A DNA stretch of 64,000 bases from an uncultured Acidobacteriota bacterium (GTDB lineage: Bacteria; Acidobacteriota; Blastocatellia; RBC074), in the NCBI GenBank assembly GCA_963796275.1, contig CAWCKY010000006.1:1408001-1472000 (forward strand), read 5' to 3'. The notes beneath the pieces were generated by a model. That model searched no databases. It was given only the letters and a program-made list of their open reading frames with translations, and was not told the origin of the DNA. The position numbers and the translations under genes were made by a program. Positions 40,823 through 53,509 of the stretch are shown here, in pieces (the first letter of the stretch is position 1; every line of letters begins with the position of its first letter).

Positions 40823-43264
40823 TCAATTGAAAGAAACCCTATACTCCTTACCAGCAATCAGCTTTAATTTCACAATACCACCCGCGCCGTCGTCTATCTT
40901 CAGTTCCTTACCTCTCTCCGTTATCGTAGTAATTCGTTGCCCGCTAGGCGGTCTGATCTTCTGTTCGCTATTCACATTAGGGCGCAATTCGACAACCGTC
41001 GCTCTCCCATCCGTCCAGCTAATGTCAACTCCGATAGCTCCGCGGGCGCGCAGCCCCTTGATTGAGCCTTCAGGCCAGGCCCGAGGAAGGGCCGGTAAAA
41101 TCATGATCTCGCCCGCGTGGCATTGCAACAACATCTCCGCCATCCCCGCGGTCCCGCCGAAGTTTCCATCGATTTGAAATGGCGGATGGTTGTCCAGCAG
41201 GTTGGGGTTTGTGGATTTGGCCAGCAAAGCCTGGATGTTCGCGTGAGCGAGGTCGCCTTCACCCAGGCGCGCCCAGAAGTTGATGATCCACGCTCTGCTC
41301 CAGCCCGTGTGACCGCTTCCTGCCTTCAACCGCCTCTCGAGTGAAACCCGCGCCGCCCGCGCCAACTCCGGCGTACCGTGCAATGTGATCTGATTTCCGG
41401 GATGCAGCGCGAAGAGATGCGAGATGTGTCGATGGCCCGGATCGGCGTCATCGTAATCTTCTAGCCATTCCTGCAATTGCCCGTGTTTGCCGATCTGCAG
41501 CCGAGGCAATCGGTCGCGCGCAGCTGCCACCTTCTCGCGAAATTCCACATCGATGCCGAGCAACTGGCTCGCTTCGATGACGCGACCGAAGAGCGCATGA
41601 GTGATTTCAATGTCCATCGTCGGTCCCATGCAGAGTGAGCCGACTGTGCCATCCGGAAGACGGTATCTGTTCTCAGGTGACGTTGATGGGCCCGTCACCA
41701 ACCGGCCCCGCTCGTCTTCTACCAGAAAATCGAGCAGGAACTCAGCCGCCTCCTTCATCGCCGGATACGCTCGCCGAGCCAGGAACTCGCGGTCGCGCGT
41801 GTAATCATAGTGATCCCAGAAATGCAGGCTGAGCCACGTCCCGCCCGATGGCCAGGTGCCCGAGCGTACGCCGTCGATCGGCACCGCGTGTCCCCAGATG
41901 TCGGTATTATGGTGCATCACGAAACCGCGCGCGCCGTAGAGCTCCTTCGCAACCCTGCGCCCGTCTTTGCGCGCGTTGTCTATCAAATCGAAGAGCGGTT
42001 CGTGCAGCTCCGACAGGTTACAGACCTCCGCCGGCCAGTAGTTCATCTCGGTATTGATGTTGATCGTGTACTTGCTCTCCCACGGCGGAGCTAGCTGATC
42101 GTTCCAGATGCCCTGCAGATTCGCGGCCATGGTGCCGGGGCGGCTGCTTGCCATCAGAAGATAACGTCCATACTGGAAATAGAGCGTCTCGAGCGCGATA
42201 TCTGTCGCGCCCGCCTGAACGCGTTTCAATCGCTCGTCGGTCGGCAGATCGGAATGAGGCAGTGGTTGGGGCTGGGGCGCGGCCAACCGGAACTCGACGC
42301 GGCCAAACAGACGTTGATGATCGGCGACGTGAGCTGAGCGAAGGCGCGCGAATGGCTTCTTCGCGGCGCTCCGGGAGAGGACACGATCACATCTTTCCGC
42401 CAACTTGTCGCCGCGAAAACTGGTCGCTGCGGCGAAGAGCAGCGTGGCGGCATTCGCGGCATCGACGACCACCGCGTTGCCTTCCAGGCGCGTGCGGCCT
42501 CCTTCGGCGATCACCCGCAAGACCCCGTGAAACTTGACCCCCACCTTGCGTTCGTCTTTATGTCGTTCGCCGCGCGCGATCGCTTCACCCTCGATTACAA
42601 CTCGATCGGGGGCGACCGCACGAGTCTGGCTGTCCGCTTCTCTTGTTAGAGTCGCCGCGAAAGAGATTCGTTCCGCTTTATCGCAAGTCAGGCGGATAGC
42701 TATCACCTGGTCCACCGCGGAAGAGAAGACCTCACGGGTGTATCGCGCATCGCCGGACTGATAGGTGATGCGGACGATGCCCGAATCCAGGTCGAGTTCA
42801 CGAGTATATTCGCTGAAATTTTCCTGTCCGGGGAATCGCAACCGGAGATCGCCGAGCGGCTGATAGGGAGGGAGCCGCCTCGGGATCGATAGTATCGATT
42901 TTTCAGCGAGCGCCTCCGCCTCTTTGACCTTACCCGATAGCAGCAGGCGCCGGACCTCGAGAACGCCGCGCGCGCCCTCGGGATTGTTGCGATCGCGCTT
43001 TTCGCCCGCCCAGATGGTGTCTTCGTTGAGTTGAATTCGTTCGGATTGAACCCCGCCGAAAATCATGCCACCAAGGCGTCCGTTCCCGATCGGCATCGCT
43101 TCATTCCATACTTCTGCGGGCTGGCGATACCAGATGACGTTAGAGCGGTCGGGCTGATCTGTTGCATTTTGAGATGAAGGCAGAATGTCCGATGCAGCGA
43201 GCGCGGCGGCTCCGGAGCTGAGCAGCTTGAGATACTTACGCCTGGAGATTTGGTTGGTATTCAT
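40823..43264 (-). CDS. GH95 alpha-L-fucosidase/galactosidase, Tat-exported
   Basis: SRRKYL; MPIGNGRLG, FQYGRYLL, ANLQGIW, NINTEMNYW, HRHISHL, PPFQIDGNFG. Confidence 0.95.
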   Translation of the reverse strand: MNTNQISRRKYLKLLSSGAAALAASDILPSSQNATDQPDRSNVIWYRQPAEVWNEAMPIGNGRLGGMIFGGVQSERIQLNEDTIWAGEKRDRNNPEGARGVLEVRRLLLSGKVKEAEALAEKSILSIPRRLPPYQPLGDLRLRFPGQENFSEYTRELDLDSGIVRITYQSGDARYTREVFSSAVDQVIAIRLTCDKAERISFAATLTREADSQTRAVAPDRVVIEGEAIARGERHKDERKVGVKFHGVLRVIAEGGRTRLEGNAVVVDAANAATLLFAAATSFRGDKLAERCDRVLSRSAAKKPFARLRSAHVADHQRLFGRVEFRLAAPQPQPLPHSDLPTDERLKRVQAGATDIALETLYFQYGRYLLMASSRPGTMAANLQGIWNDQLAPPWESKYTININTEMNYWPAEVCNLSELHEPLFDLIDNARKDGRRVAKELYGARGFVMHHNTDIWGHAVPIDGVRSGTWPSGGTWLSLHFWDHYDYTRDREFLARRAYPAMKEAAEFLLDFLVEDERGRLVTGPSTSPENRYRLPDGTVGSLCMGPTMDIEITHALFGRVIEASQLLGIDVEFREKVAAARDRLPRLQIGKHGQLQEWLEDYDDADPGHRHISHLFALHPGNQITLHGTPELARAARVSLERRLKAGSGHTGWSRAWIINFWARLGEGDLAHANIQALLAKSTNPNLLDNHPPFQIDGNFGGTAGMAEMLLQCHAGEIMILPALPRAWPEGSIKGLRARGAIGVDISWTDGRATVVELRPNVNSEQKIRPPSGQRITTITERGKELKIDDGAGGIVKLKLIAGKEYRVSFN

Positions 43265-43535
43265 AGTTAAACCACAGATCAATGCTATGCGACAGATGAA
43301 CACGGATTCAATCCTTATTCATCCTTCGCATCCGCGCCGATCCGCGGTTAATGTCAGTGTTCCGATGTTGTTGTGATTCGATTTAGCCCTTTAGGGGCAC
43401 GTTGGCAAATACTAAAGGAATGAGGTGATGGTTACGTGTTTTAGGAAGCAAATAGGGCCAAGAAGATGGAAAAGAGGCAAAATCTTTCGCCTCTTCTCCA
43501 TCTTACTGTGATTCCTTAGTGAAGTACTTTCTATT

Positions 43536-46500
43536 TCAGAACATAAATCTGAATGTCAACTGGATACGGCGCGGGTAATTCGCCTGAGTTCCGGCTGTAA
43601 TCTGCCCGAAGGCTCTCTCAGTCGGAGTCAGGTTTACCTGCCCGGCAGTGAAGAGCAATGGATGGTTGAAGGCGTTCAAGAGCTCTGCCCTAAGCTGCGC
43701 TTCCTTTTCTCCCTCGCCGAACTTTGTTCTCTTCATGATGCCCAGGTCGATGTTATTCGTCCTGGGAGCACGAAGGGAGCTGAATCGCGAGGGGAAGGTC
43801 CGCACATTATTTACGAGTTGTTGATTACTGGTCTTGTTGAACCCTGCCTCAGTGTTGATCCAGCGAGTGAGGGTTCGTTCATCCTCAGGGAGCAGAATAT
43901 CATTGACATCCCCGGTGAAAAGAACATTACCGAAGTTGCCGATGGGAAATCCGTTCTGAAACGCGTAGATGCCGGATATCTGCCAGCCGCTGACGAGATA
44001 CGACGCCACTGAAGATACATTCGAGAAGAATCGCTGGTTTTTACCGAAGGGGAGTTCGTAGATTCCGCTCATCGTAAACCGATGTGGGATATCACTGTTC
44101 GAGATCATCTCCGTGGGATGGGGATCGCCGGCGTTCAAGAGCTCGATCGCTTCCATGAACTTCGAATATGTGTAGCTCATTTCGATCGTGTAGCCCTTCG
44201 AGAATCTCTTCTGGAGGTTTAACTGAAGCGAATGGTACCAGGAGTACCCTTCATTAGTTGTTGTGTTCACGGCGTCGAACTGAGGGTACGGACGAAGCAG
44301 CCTTTGACGCTGGATCCTATCAGCAGTAAAAGCAGTACCCGCATCCGCCGGCATCAACCCAAAGAATGGGTTGGGAACCAGAGTTCTCAGGTAGGAATCT
44401 CTCGCGCCATCCCGCGTCGGAGTTGTGCTCAAATATTGATTGGGTAGCGTATTGATGTTTCGGGTGACCTCGATGTGAGTTCCGCGATTGCCGACGTAGC
44501 TGGCCTCTGCTACGAATCCGCCTGCCAATTCACGCTGAAAACCGATCTGCCAACGCTGGTTATAGGGTGAAAGCGGCTGGGGATTGAAGAATGTAATGCT
44601 CTGCCCGAGGGAGGTTTGAATTCCATTTCCGGCCCCACTTGGAGTCACCAGTCCATTCTGGAATGGATTTGAGAGAGTCTCAATGAACGATACCCCATTG
44701 TTTGTACTAACGTTGAGCGGGGTGTTAGTGGCGAACCCGCTCTGGAAGACATCGCTACGCCGCTGACCCAGGAACCCGAAGAAGATGCCGTAACCGCCAC
44801 GCATCACGGTCTTCTCGTTCAGTTGATAGGCAAAGCCGATCCGTGGCATGAAGTTGTTCTTAGGCGTCGCATACAACCCTCGCGGCTCACCATTCACACC
44901 CGGGAACAAGAGCCCGCCGGGGACATTGAACTGAGTTATCTCAGGCGTAGGGTTGCCAGGAAGAGTAGACTGAGATGCGACAAAGGCAGCTCTCGCCGCG
45001 GCTTCCATCGGCTGGACCGCGTCGAAATCAAAACCGCTTACGCTACGATTGTACCGCTCGGTCATCGCGCCTTCGACCTCATAACGCAACCCCAGATTCA
45101 AAGTGAGTCTGGAATTCACTCGCCAGTCATCGTGAACGAAGAATCCCCACGTTGTAGACGTTTCGGCATAGCTCACAGGCTGGTTAATCATGCCCGACGC
45201 TGGAATGCCCATCAGGAAGGATGCAAAGGAATGACCTAATTGTGGTATGTTGTCGGTGTTGCTCTGGACTTTGGTAAACGTATTATCGAAATTGAAACGG
45301 CCACTCTGGTCATTGCCGAAGAAGCCAGATGTCTCGCGATAGGCGCGGAACTCCATTCCTGACTTGAGCGAATGTTTGCCCAGCGACTTGTTCATAACAG
45401 CGACGACGTTGTGAGTGTCATTTGGCCTGAACTCGCCGCCGATACCTGTACCCTGGTATCCGCTGATATCGATGCGCGGGAAGCGCAGGACCTCATCCGA
45501 GATCAGATTGGCGTACGATGACGGAAATCCAAGCGAAGTCAGGTCGAATCCGCGGCCATCCGGATTCGAATTGATGACGCGGATAAACCTGTTGTAGCCA
45601 TATCTGAAGTTCAGCACCGTGGTCGGGTTCAAGGTGTAGACATCGTCAATGACTCCCTGACGAGAGTAGAACGAGAACCACTCGCCGGTTGAGAGGTTTC
45701 TGTAATAATTGTTGTAGTTGCTGTCCCGGTCGTACCAGCTCACGCGCCCGAATATCCTCTGCTTATCGCTAATTACATGATCTATTCGAATAGTATTCGA
45801 GTAGTATCTTGTCGTTTCGTTCAGGTCCGGCTGCTGAAAGTTATTAGTACCATCGGGAGCCGTGGCGGGCGATGTCGGCAAGGGCATAATGTTGTCGACG
45901 AAATTCCTGGCGACCGGATTGATCAGCGCCGCTGGGATAATGTTACAGGGCAATCCGATGTTCTGGGCTTGCCGATTTTGTGCATCCAACGGCAATGGGA
46001 CTCCCGCGTCGCACCTGAATGGAACGCGCACGACGTTGCCGCCGCTCAGCACACCGCTGTATGGGTTATGAAGCTGAAACTGGGAGCCGATCGCCAGAAA
46101 GTCAGAGAAATCACCATTTCTCATCTTTTCGGTTGGGATTTGAAATATCCCGTTATTTCTCGGGCGAGCTTCCGGGATAGTTTCGAAGCCGTACATAAAG
46201 AATGTTTTATTTTGCCCCTTATACAATTTAGGCACTACTACCGGGCCTCCGATAGTTCCGCCCAACCTGTGGTAGTAGAAATCTCCGAGAGGAATATTGC
46301 CGCGGTTGGCATAATAATCGTTGGCTGATGTGCCGGGCGTAAAGTTTGAGTAGTACGCGCTGCCGTGAAGCTTATTTGTACCCGATTTGATGCTGAGATT
46401 TGTGACGCCGCCTTCGGTGTTGCCGAACTGTGCATCAAAGGTTGCGGTTTGAACTTTAAATTCCTGGACCAGGTCCTGAGGCGGTACGAACGACGAAATG

Positions 46501-47147
46501 ACCTCGTTGGCATTTGCCGTGGCCGTGCTTGCAACTCCGTCAATCGTCAGGTCGCTGCGGTTGGCTCGGGTTCCGTTGATTGAATAGCCGACGATATGAG
46601 TCGGCTCGAATGGCCGGTCTAGCCTCTGATCGCGCGCGAAGTTAACGCCGCCCGCTAATCCGATCAACGCATATGGATCACCGTGCCCGATCGGCAGCTC
46701 CGCGATCCGGCGCGCGTCGACAACTTCACCCATCGATGCATTCGTCGTTTCGAGTGCTGGACCGACCCCTGTGATGGTGACTGTTTCTTCTGCCCCACCT
46801 ACTTCGAGAGCTATTTCCAGTTCGAGAGTGTCGTTAACCCGGAGCACGATTCCTTCGCGAAGGTACTTCTTGAAGCCGGTATGCTCAACCGAGACCCGAT
46901 ACGTGCCGGGGATAAGATAGGGCGCCTGGAAGAATCCGGAATCGTTGGTTGGCACCGAGACCGTCGTACCCATTGCCACGTTGGTTACTTTAACAATGAC
47001 TCCAGGCACTACCGCCTGTGTCGCATCTTTGACGTTGCCTGTGATTGTGCCGCGTGCCTCTTGAGCATTGGCTGATATTGAAAAAATCAGACTTACTAAA
47101 ACCGTTATGACAATTTGCTTTACGGGTCCTGTGTTTCTAGATCGCAT
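43536..47147 (-). CDS. TonB-dependent receptor (carboxypeptidase-regulatory-like N-domain)
   Basis: RBS AGGAG; signal peptide; [28 protein letters not shown]. Confidence 0.93.
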   Translation of the reverse strand: MRSRNTGPVKQIVITVLVSLIFSISANAQEARGTITGNVKDATQAVVPGVIVKVTNVAMGTTVSVPTNDSGFFQAPYLIPGTYRVSVEHTGFKKYLREGIVLRVNDTLELEIALEVGGAEETVTITGVGPALETTNASMGEVVDARRIAELPIGHGDPYALIGLAGGVNFARDQRLDRPFEPTHIVGYSINGTRANRSDLTIDGVASTATANANEVISSFVPPQDLVQEFKVQTATFDAQFGNTEGGVTNLSIKSGTNKLHGSAYYSNFTPGTSANDYYANRGNIPLGDFYYHRLGGTIGGPVVVPKLYKGQNKTFFMYGFETIPEARPRNNGIFQIPTEKMRNGDFSDFLAIGSQFQLHNPYSGVLSGGNVVRVPFRCDAGVPLPLDAQNRQAQNIGLPCNIIPAALINPVARNFVDNIMPLPTSPATAPDGTNNFQQPDLNETTRYYSNTIRIDHVISDKQRIFGRVSWYDRDSNYNNYYRNLSTGEWFSFYSRQGVIDDVYTLNPTTVLNFRYGYNRFIRVINSNPDGRGFDLTSLGFPSSYANLISDEVLRFPRIDISGYQGTGIGGEFRPNDTHNVVAVMNKSLGKHSLKSGMEFRAYRETSGFFGNDQSGRFNFDNTFTKVQSNTDNIPQLGHSFASFLMGIPASGMINQPVSYAETSTTWGFFVHDDWRVNSRLTLNLGLRYEVEGAMTERYNRSVSGFDFDAVQPMEAAARAAFVASQSTLPGNPTPEITQFNVPGGLLFPGVNGEPRGLYATPKNNFMPRIGFAYQLNEKTVMRGGYGIFFGFLGQRRSDVFQSGFATNTPLNVSTNNGVSFIETLSNPFQNGLVTPSGAGNGIQTSLGQSITFFNPQPLSPYNQRWQIGFQRELAGGFVAEASYVGNRGTHIEVTRNINTLPNQYLSTTPTRDGARDSYLRTLVPNPFFGLMPADAGTAFTADRIQRQRLLRPYPQFDAVNTTTNEGYSWYHSLQLNLQKRFSKGYTIEMSYTYSKFMEAIELLNAGDPHPTEMISNSDIPHRFTMSGIYELPFGKNQRFFSNVSSVASYLVSGWQISGIYAFQNGFPIGNFGNVLFTGDVNDILLPEDERTLTRWINTEAGFNKTSNQQLVNNVRTFPSRFSSLRAPRTNNIDLGIMKRTKFGEGEKEAQLRAELLNAFNHPLLFTAGQVNLTPTERAFGQITAGTQANYPRRIQLTFRFMF

Positions 47148-47310
47148 ATCTCCTCCTTGGGGGGTTGAAAATTACTGTCGGTGCAGAGCGCAGCCTGCAA
47201 GAGGGTTAGTCTTATTTACCACTATCCTGTGATTTGATTTCACTCCAATTTCTTACCCAGCAAAGAGTGATATTGGACATCCCAGCGAAGCAATATTTGT
47301 AGATTTGTTT

Positions 47311-48585
47311 TTACGCAACTGCCGGCGCGGCGAAGGCCGGCGCGGCTATCAGTGCCGCGGCGCCGCGCAACCGCGGATAGTCATCGAGCGGAACCGTGCG
47401 GATCTCGGTCTTGGCCGCATCCGGTGAGAGCGCCCGTTCAGCTATAGCCGCGCGCACCGACGGCTCGATCAGATCCCACGCCGCCACAACCTCACCGCCG
47501 ATATAAATCCTGGTCGGGTCGATCGCGTTGACGATCGATGCGAGCCCCAGCCCGAGATAGCGTGCCGTCGCATGAAGTGCGGCTACCGCTTTCGCATCTC
47601 CCGCGCGCGTCCTGACTATTAAATCTTCGATGGTGAACGCGGCTATTTCCGCAGCTACCGGTTTGGACTCGCGCAGATCGCGGCCGAAGTAGCGCGAGAG
47701 CGTCGCCAGGTTGGAGATATACGCCTCCCAGCACCCCGTCGCTCCGCACGAACAGCGCGGCCCGTCTATGCTCAGTGGCAGGTGCCCGAACTCGCCCGCG
47801 ATGTTGTGCCGCCCGCGCAAGACCTCGCCGTTTACGACGATGCCGACCCCGATGCCGTCAGAGACGCTGACGAAGACCAGATCGCCGATCGCCGCTGCAT
47901 CTCCGCGCGTCCCCCACATCTGCGCCAGAGCACACGCCTTTCCGGAATTCTCGACTTCCACCGGGAGCCCCGTCGCAGCGGCCAGCGCCTCCTTTAAATC
48001 GACATTGCGCCACCCCAGCGTCGGAGCGTGAATGATCCGTCTCGTTTGTCGGTCGACCATTCCGGGAACGACAACTCCTATCCCTTCGCACTCGCCGAAC
48101 TCTTTGTTATCGGATAACACCTGTTTGATGCGCTTGCTTAAGTCGGCGACCAATTTCTTCGGTTCACAATCTGTTGGTAAACTGCTGGTCGTCACGAGTT
48201 GGTGGCCCAGAAGGTCCGTTACCTGCAGAAAGGTGCGGCTCACGCGAATGTCGATTGCCACTACACATCGGCGGCGCGAGTCGATATAGAGGAATGTAGG
48301 CTTTCTCCCACGCTGGCTCTCACCCGTCGCCCCTTCGAAGATCAACTTCTCTTCCAGAAGGTCATTCACTATCAGACTGACGGCGCCGCGGTGAAGCCCC
48401 ATAATCCGCGCCAGGTCGGCGCGCGAGATGGGCTGGTGTGTGCGCACCAAATCGAGGGCGATCTGCCGGTTGATCTTCCTCGAAGTCCCACGCGTGGCCA
48501 CCCGGAAATTATTGGGGTTGATCTTTCTCATCACATTCGACTGTTGATTCCTATGTGATCGTGGGACTTTTGTTTCTTTGATCAC
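47311..48585 (-). CDS. ROK family transcriptional repressor (XylR/NagC-like)
   Basis: ISRADLAR HTH, GRKP, GIGVVVPG, AGEFGH, CSCGATGCWE; start may be ATG at 48531. Confidence 0.95.
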   Translation of the reverse strand: MIKETKVPRSHRNQQSNVMRKINPNNFRVATRGTSRKINRQIALDLVRTHQPISRADLARIMGLHRGAVSLIVNDLLEEKLIFEGATGESQRGRKPTFLYIDSRRRCVVAIDIRVSRTFLQVTDLLGHQLVTTSSLPTDCEPKKLVADLSKRIKQVLSDNKEFGECEGIGVVVPGMVDRQTRRIIHAPTLGWRNVDLKEALAAATGLPVEVENSGKACALAQMWGTRGDAAAIGDLVFVSVSDGIGVGIVVNGEVLRGRHNIAGEFGHLPLSIDGPRCSCGATGCWEAYISNLATLSRYFGRDLRESKPVAAEIAAFTIEDLIVRTRAGDAKAVAALHATARYLGLGLASIVNAIDPTRIYIGGEVVAAWDLIEPSVRAAIAERALSPDAAKTEIRTVPLDDYPRLRGAAALIAAPAFAAPAVA

Positions 48586-48595
48586 ATTATCTTAC

Positions 48596-48645
48596 GATAT
48601 TTGTTTCAACATATGACAAATATCCCTATTATTTTAATTTGTCAA
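48596..48645 (-). promoter_or_regulatory. Promoter and palindromic ROK operator (putative autoregulation)
   Basis: TTGACA-N17-TATTTG on the minus strand; palindrome GATATTTGT-N11-ACAAATATC (48596-48624). Confidence 0.75.
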
Positions 48646-48716
48646 CATAATTTTTGCCTTAATTTTGCCAGATGACGGCAACGTTACCATCATCTGGCAA
48701 GAAGTAGACAAGGGTC

Positions 48717-51700
48717 TCAGAAGTAGAATTTCAGGGCGATTTGAACGAACCGGGGAGAATAGCCGGAGCGTTCCGAGGTTACATTCAGAAAACCCCAACG
48801 ATCCGGCGTGTAGGCCTGGCGCAGGCGGTAGAGCTGGAGCCCTTCCAGGGTGGTGATATCGAAAGAATTCGCGTTCATCGAGAAGAACCCTTCCGGCACC
48901 TTTACGTGGAAGAAATCGCGGCGCAACAACTGTGAGTTCGGAAGACGATTATTGATGATGATCTGGTTAATCTGGGCCATCGTATCCAGACCCGCCTGCG
49001 TTGTTCTCGCCGGTCGTCCCGGAGCTGCAGCGGCCCAGCCGTTATATTCTTCGTTGGTCAACGTATTTTCGTTAGGCGCCGCGAATATCTCGCCCGCATC
49101 TTCGATGCCTCCGATGCGGAAGATCGGGTGATTCAAGACATTGATGGCGTCAACCCGCAATTGCAACCTGCGTTTTCCATCCTTGCCGAGCGAGAAGTTT
49201 TTCTGAACTGACAGGTCGAGCGTATGCTGTGCCGGCCCGCGCGCGCCGTCGAACGTGCGGGGCGCGTTGCCCAACTCGCCCTTGATTGGCCGCATAAAGG
49301 CCGCCGGATTGAAATAGGGTTCGCAGAGCTGGCCGACGGGGCAATCACGGTTCCATCGCGGGTTGATCAGGGAAACGCCCGGCACCAGGTCCGGACGTAT
49401 GGTGCGCAGGTTTCCGTTCACTATCCCCAATCCGTTGTCATCGCGCAGGACGAGCACCATCGGGAGGCCGCCTTGGATGCGCCCGACGCCGCTCAGGCTC
49501 CAACCGCCGACCAATCCCTCCACCACGCCCGGCGCGCGTGAGAGGAATGAACGGCCGCGGCCAAACGGGAGGTCGTAGAGAAAGGTGGCGGAGAAGGCGT
49601 GCTTGACATCGAAGAGCGATACCGAACGGTCCAGATACCGCGGAGCGCCCAAATTGACGTAGCCCGGAGATCGAACGTTCGAGTTCACGAACCTCACGTC
49701 TCCCGAGTCCGATGCATCGTCGAGGCTCTTGGCGAAGGTGTAATTGGCCGTGTAGGTCAAGCCTTTGTTGAGCCGGCGCTCCATACTGACTGTGGCGGCG
49801 TGATAGATGCTGTTGGCGGAGGAGTCGTATTGCATGAACAGGTTGGTGTAGCCGAGATATTTGGCCCCGAGGTAGGCCGGACCATAGTTGATCACGGTTC
49901 CATTCGGGTTCAGGCGTCCAAGCGGATCGGGCGCGGGCGGTGTGAAGGGGTTGAGGCCGCGCGACAGATAGATATCCGAGACATCGGCGGGGATCGGATT
50001 GATATTGGTCGGAGGGAGGAAGAGATGCGTACCCTTGCTGCCGCGGTAGGAGACTTCGAGCACCGTATTTCGCTGTACTTCGTAGGCGACCGAGGCGCTC
50101 CAGCTCTGAACGTAAGGGATGCGGGCGTTGGGGGAGACCGCGGTGGCGGCGATGTTGATGCCCGGGAGATAGAGAAGTCCGTCCTCCGGTATGTTGAGGA
50201 ATTGATCGGGGCTTTGTTGGCGCAATACCGGCCGATTGCAACAGATGCGGGCCGCGACGTCTGTGCCCGGATTTTCCACGCGCATATCGAAGGTGCCGTA
50301 TCCGGTGGTGCCTGCGGCGAAGTCCGGCGACGGGTTGCGATTGGAGCCGGTGAGCGGCGCGTGGTAGAGGCCGTAGCCGCCGCGGATTACCAGGCGCCCC
50401 GATTCATTCATGCCGAACAGTTTGGGCAACCATGAGAATCCGAAGCGCGGCTCGAACCCATTCTTCTCGACCGGAAAGATATAACGCGATCGTCCTCCGC
50501 GCCCTGAATAACCGAAGGGCATTACCAGCGCAGTAGAAATCACCCGTCCGTCTGCCAGCGTGACAGGCGTCGGTAACGGGAATTCTTGAGCCAACTCGGG
50601 CAGGAACGCCCCTTGACGATCGTACTTCTCGGTGCGCGGCAACTGCAGCGAGTAGCGCATCCCGAGCTCCAGCGTCAGGTTGGGACGCACCTTCCAGCTG
50701 TTCTGGACGAATCCCGCCGCCGAGTTCCACTGGTAGTAGTAGGGGATCAGTACCTCCCGGAGCGTGGCCAGGCCGTAAACGCCTTGAAGGAATTGGGCGA
50801 ACTCGATCCCGCCGGTGCCATTACCGAGGGAGTTGTTGTTGGTTAGCGTGCGATTACGGTTGAACTCATACCGGCCGCCCGAAGCGCCGAACAGGGGGAT
50901 CGTCTTCAGCCGCTGTTGGAGGAGGTTGACGCCGAACTTCCAGGTCTGATTCCCGCGCACCCACGAAATCATGTCCGTGATCTCGTAGCTGTGCTCGGTA
51001 TTCTCGTTCTGCTGCGACTGGCTGAAACCGATGGACCCGGCCCCAGTGGCTATTTCCGGCAATCCACCAGGTGTGATGCTCGGCAGGCCGATCTCGGATG
51101 AGAAGTTCCGGCCCGTCAGCGCATCGAACGCCGGCGGGAGATTGCGAGTGAATCGGCCGTAGGTGTAGTTGACGCTCAGCTCATTGATAACTCTGGGCGA
51201 AAAGGTGTGTGTATTAGTGAGCAGGACCTGCTTGGCCCAGCTATAGTCGGTGCCGCCGGAATTGAGTTCGTCCCTGCCGATCTGAAAATCGCCGCGCCCG
51301 CGGTCGCCGCGGATCGGAACCTGCGAATAGCGGCCCGTGAGACGATTATTGTTGCTGACCTGGTGATCGATCCTGACGGTAACTCGCTTCTCCAGGTTTT
51401 TGATGAAGTTCGAGCCGAGGTAGTTTCGCACGTTCCCATCGGCGAGAAAATAGTCTCCTGGAGTAGGCAGATATTTCAGAAGACTCAGACTGACCGGATC
51501 GAGCATGTTCTCCGGGATACGATTGCCGGGGAATGGCTCATACATCTGCCCCTCTCCCAAAATGATCCTGGTGAACTGATTCCCATTCACTATCCACTGG
51601 TTGTAGATAGTGGCATCGCGTATCTGCGCCTGCAAACCGAACTGTTCAGCGACATCACGAGGAACATAGCCTCCATTAACTCCTACTACGTTGCTGAAGT

Positions 51701-52737
51701 CGCCGCGCATCATCGCCGGAGTCGGCAGGAGAGAGGTGAATGGGGTGCTGTCATAGTAATAGCGAGGCTCTGCCGCCACGAAGAAGAATGTCTTGTCGTG
51801 GCCGTCGTATCCCAACGGCCCGAAGATCTTTTTGGGCAATTGGACCGGCCCGCCCAAGATGAGGCCGAACTGTTGCTGCCGGCGGAGCGAGTCCGGCCGG
51901 TTGTTCGCATTGATGGTGAAGGGAGCCGCATTTAACGATGGGTTGCGGTGGTACCAGTAGCCCAGGCCATTGTACTGGTTCGTACCCGATTTCGTAGTCA
52001 GATTGACTACGCCGCCGCCCGTCTGCCCGTACTCCGCCGAGAAATTGGATGTCTGTACGGTAAATTCCTGTACTGTGTCGGGCGAGAACGTAACGATCGC
52101 TCGGCCCAGGCCGACCCCCGTATTCCTGGCGCCGTCGGCGAGAATCGATGTGCTGCCCGCGCGCCCGCCGTTGATGTTGACATTGTAGCCGGGCGCGGGA
52201 ATGGCCCCCAGGCTCAACTCCGGGTCTTCGGTTCCGGCGACCCCGGTAGCGCCCGGTACGGTCAGGACGAGGTCGAGCACGCTCCGGTTGTTGAGCGGCA
52301 TCTCTACGATCTGACGCTCTGTGATGGTCTTTCCGGGGGTGCCGGATGCCGCGTTGATCAGCGGCGCGTCGGCCGTGACCGTCACTTCGGCCATCGTCTC
52401 ACCCGGCTCGAGCGTCACATCGACGGTTGCGGTGGTGGCAGTATCGACCTTCACCCTATCTATGACTGCTTTCCGGAATCCGGCAGCTTCAACCGTGATG
52501 CGATATTCGACCGGATTGAGCGATGGGGCGGTGTAGGCGCCGCTCGCTGAAGTGGAAAGACGCAGGGATTCATTGGTGCCTATGTTGATGACGATTACGG
52601 TCGCTCCCGGGATGACAGCTCCAGTCCTATCGAAGACCGTCCCCGTGATGCCGCCTCTGTTCGTCTGTGCCATGGCAATTGATGTGAAGAGAGTGATGAG
52701 TAAGGCTCTTGCGACTAGCAGAATCGAGATACTTCAT
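48717..52737 (-). CDS. TonB-dependent receptor; +1 frameshift in the signal peptide near 52731
   Basis: ORF 48717-52673 (MPLNNRS, SPDTVQEF, PRFVQIALKFYF) lacks a signal peptide; GGAG-9nt-ATG AAG [T] ATC TCG ATT CTG... restores MKISILLVARALLITLFTSIAMA/Q. Confidence 0.9.
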
Positions 52738-53013
52738 ATGCGAAATCTCCCTAATTTTTATTTTTTTTGTTGGTGCTGTTCTGTGGGTGCCTTGCGTCGA
52801 TGTCTTGGAGAGAAAGCCTAACCAATCAATACTTTTAGCTGCTTTTTAGCTGTACTGATCGGTTACGCCTTTTTGCGGATCCACAAAATCAGCATTTCTG
52901 GGAAGCGTGGCGCCACTTGTATACGGCTATATTAGAATTCTGTCAACAGAGAATAAGATGATCTGTGATGAGTAGCTCTTGGCTATTTCAAACTGAGATA
53001 TCGAAAAATTGGT

Positions 53014-53062
53014 TTGACAAATTATCACCCAGGGGTTATTTGTCTCGTGATAAAACAAATAA
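53014..53062 (+). promoter_or_regulatory. Promoter and second ROK operator
   Basis: TTGACA (53014-53019)-N17-TATTTG; palindrome TTATTTGT-N11-ACAAATAA (53036-53062). Confidence 0.75.
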
Positions 53063-53094
53063 TTGCCCGGCAAAATCGTATCAGCGTAAAAATA

Positions 53095-53508
53095 ATGCCA
53101 TTAACACAAAAATTGGATATCTCAGCGCAGCACAGTGATTGGGGTGCCGTTCCGGTAGAAGTTTTGGGGAACGGGATAGAGCGTCAGATGATAATCGGCG
53201 AGCGGTTGATGCTCTGCCGTTTGCGTTTTCCACCGAACACGGTCACTGAGCCGCACGCTCATTTGCACGAACAGATGACGATCGTCGAGCGCGGCCGCGT
53301 GCTCTTCATCATCGGCGAGGAAGAGCGGATTGCGAAGGTGGGCGATGTGCTCCATTTTCCGTCTGGATGCTGGCATGGCGCGACGATGCTGGAAGAGGAG
53401 GTAGTGCTCCTGGATATCTTCACCCCGCTCCGCGAGGACTTCCTCAAATCCGGTTCATTCGTTGACCGGGTCGATAATCAGGAATATGAGGTTCGTCAGT
53501 GTGAGTGA
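53095..53508 (+). CDS. Cupin protein, KdgF-like (pectin degradation)
   Basis: HAHLHEQ...WHG...LLDIFTPLREDFL; next to a pectate lyase; the TTG at 53014 is the -35 box, so ATG at 53095 is preferred. Confidence 0.8.
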   Translation: MPLTQKLDISAQHSDWGAVPVEVLGNGIERQMIIGERLMLCRLRFPPNTVTEPHAHLHEQMTIVERGRVLFIIGEEERIAKVGDVLHFPSGCWHGATMLEEEVVLLDIFTPLREDFLKSGSFVDRVDNQEYEVRQCE

Positions 53509-53509
53509 G

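Noticed and set aside
53014-53094. Extended N-termini from the ORF track (cupin; likewise iorA, GH95 and the 60109 oxidoreductase)
   Set aside because: The extensions run through promoter/operator or repeat DNA; downstream ATGs fit better.
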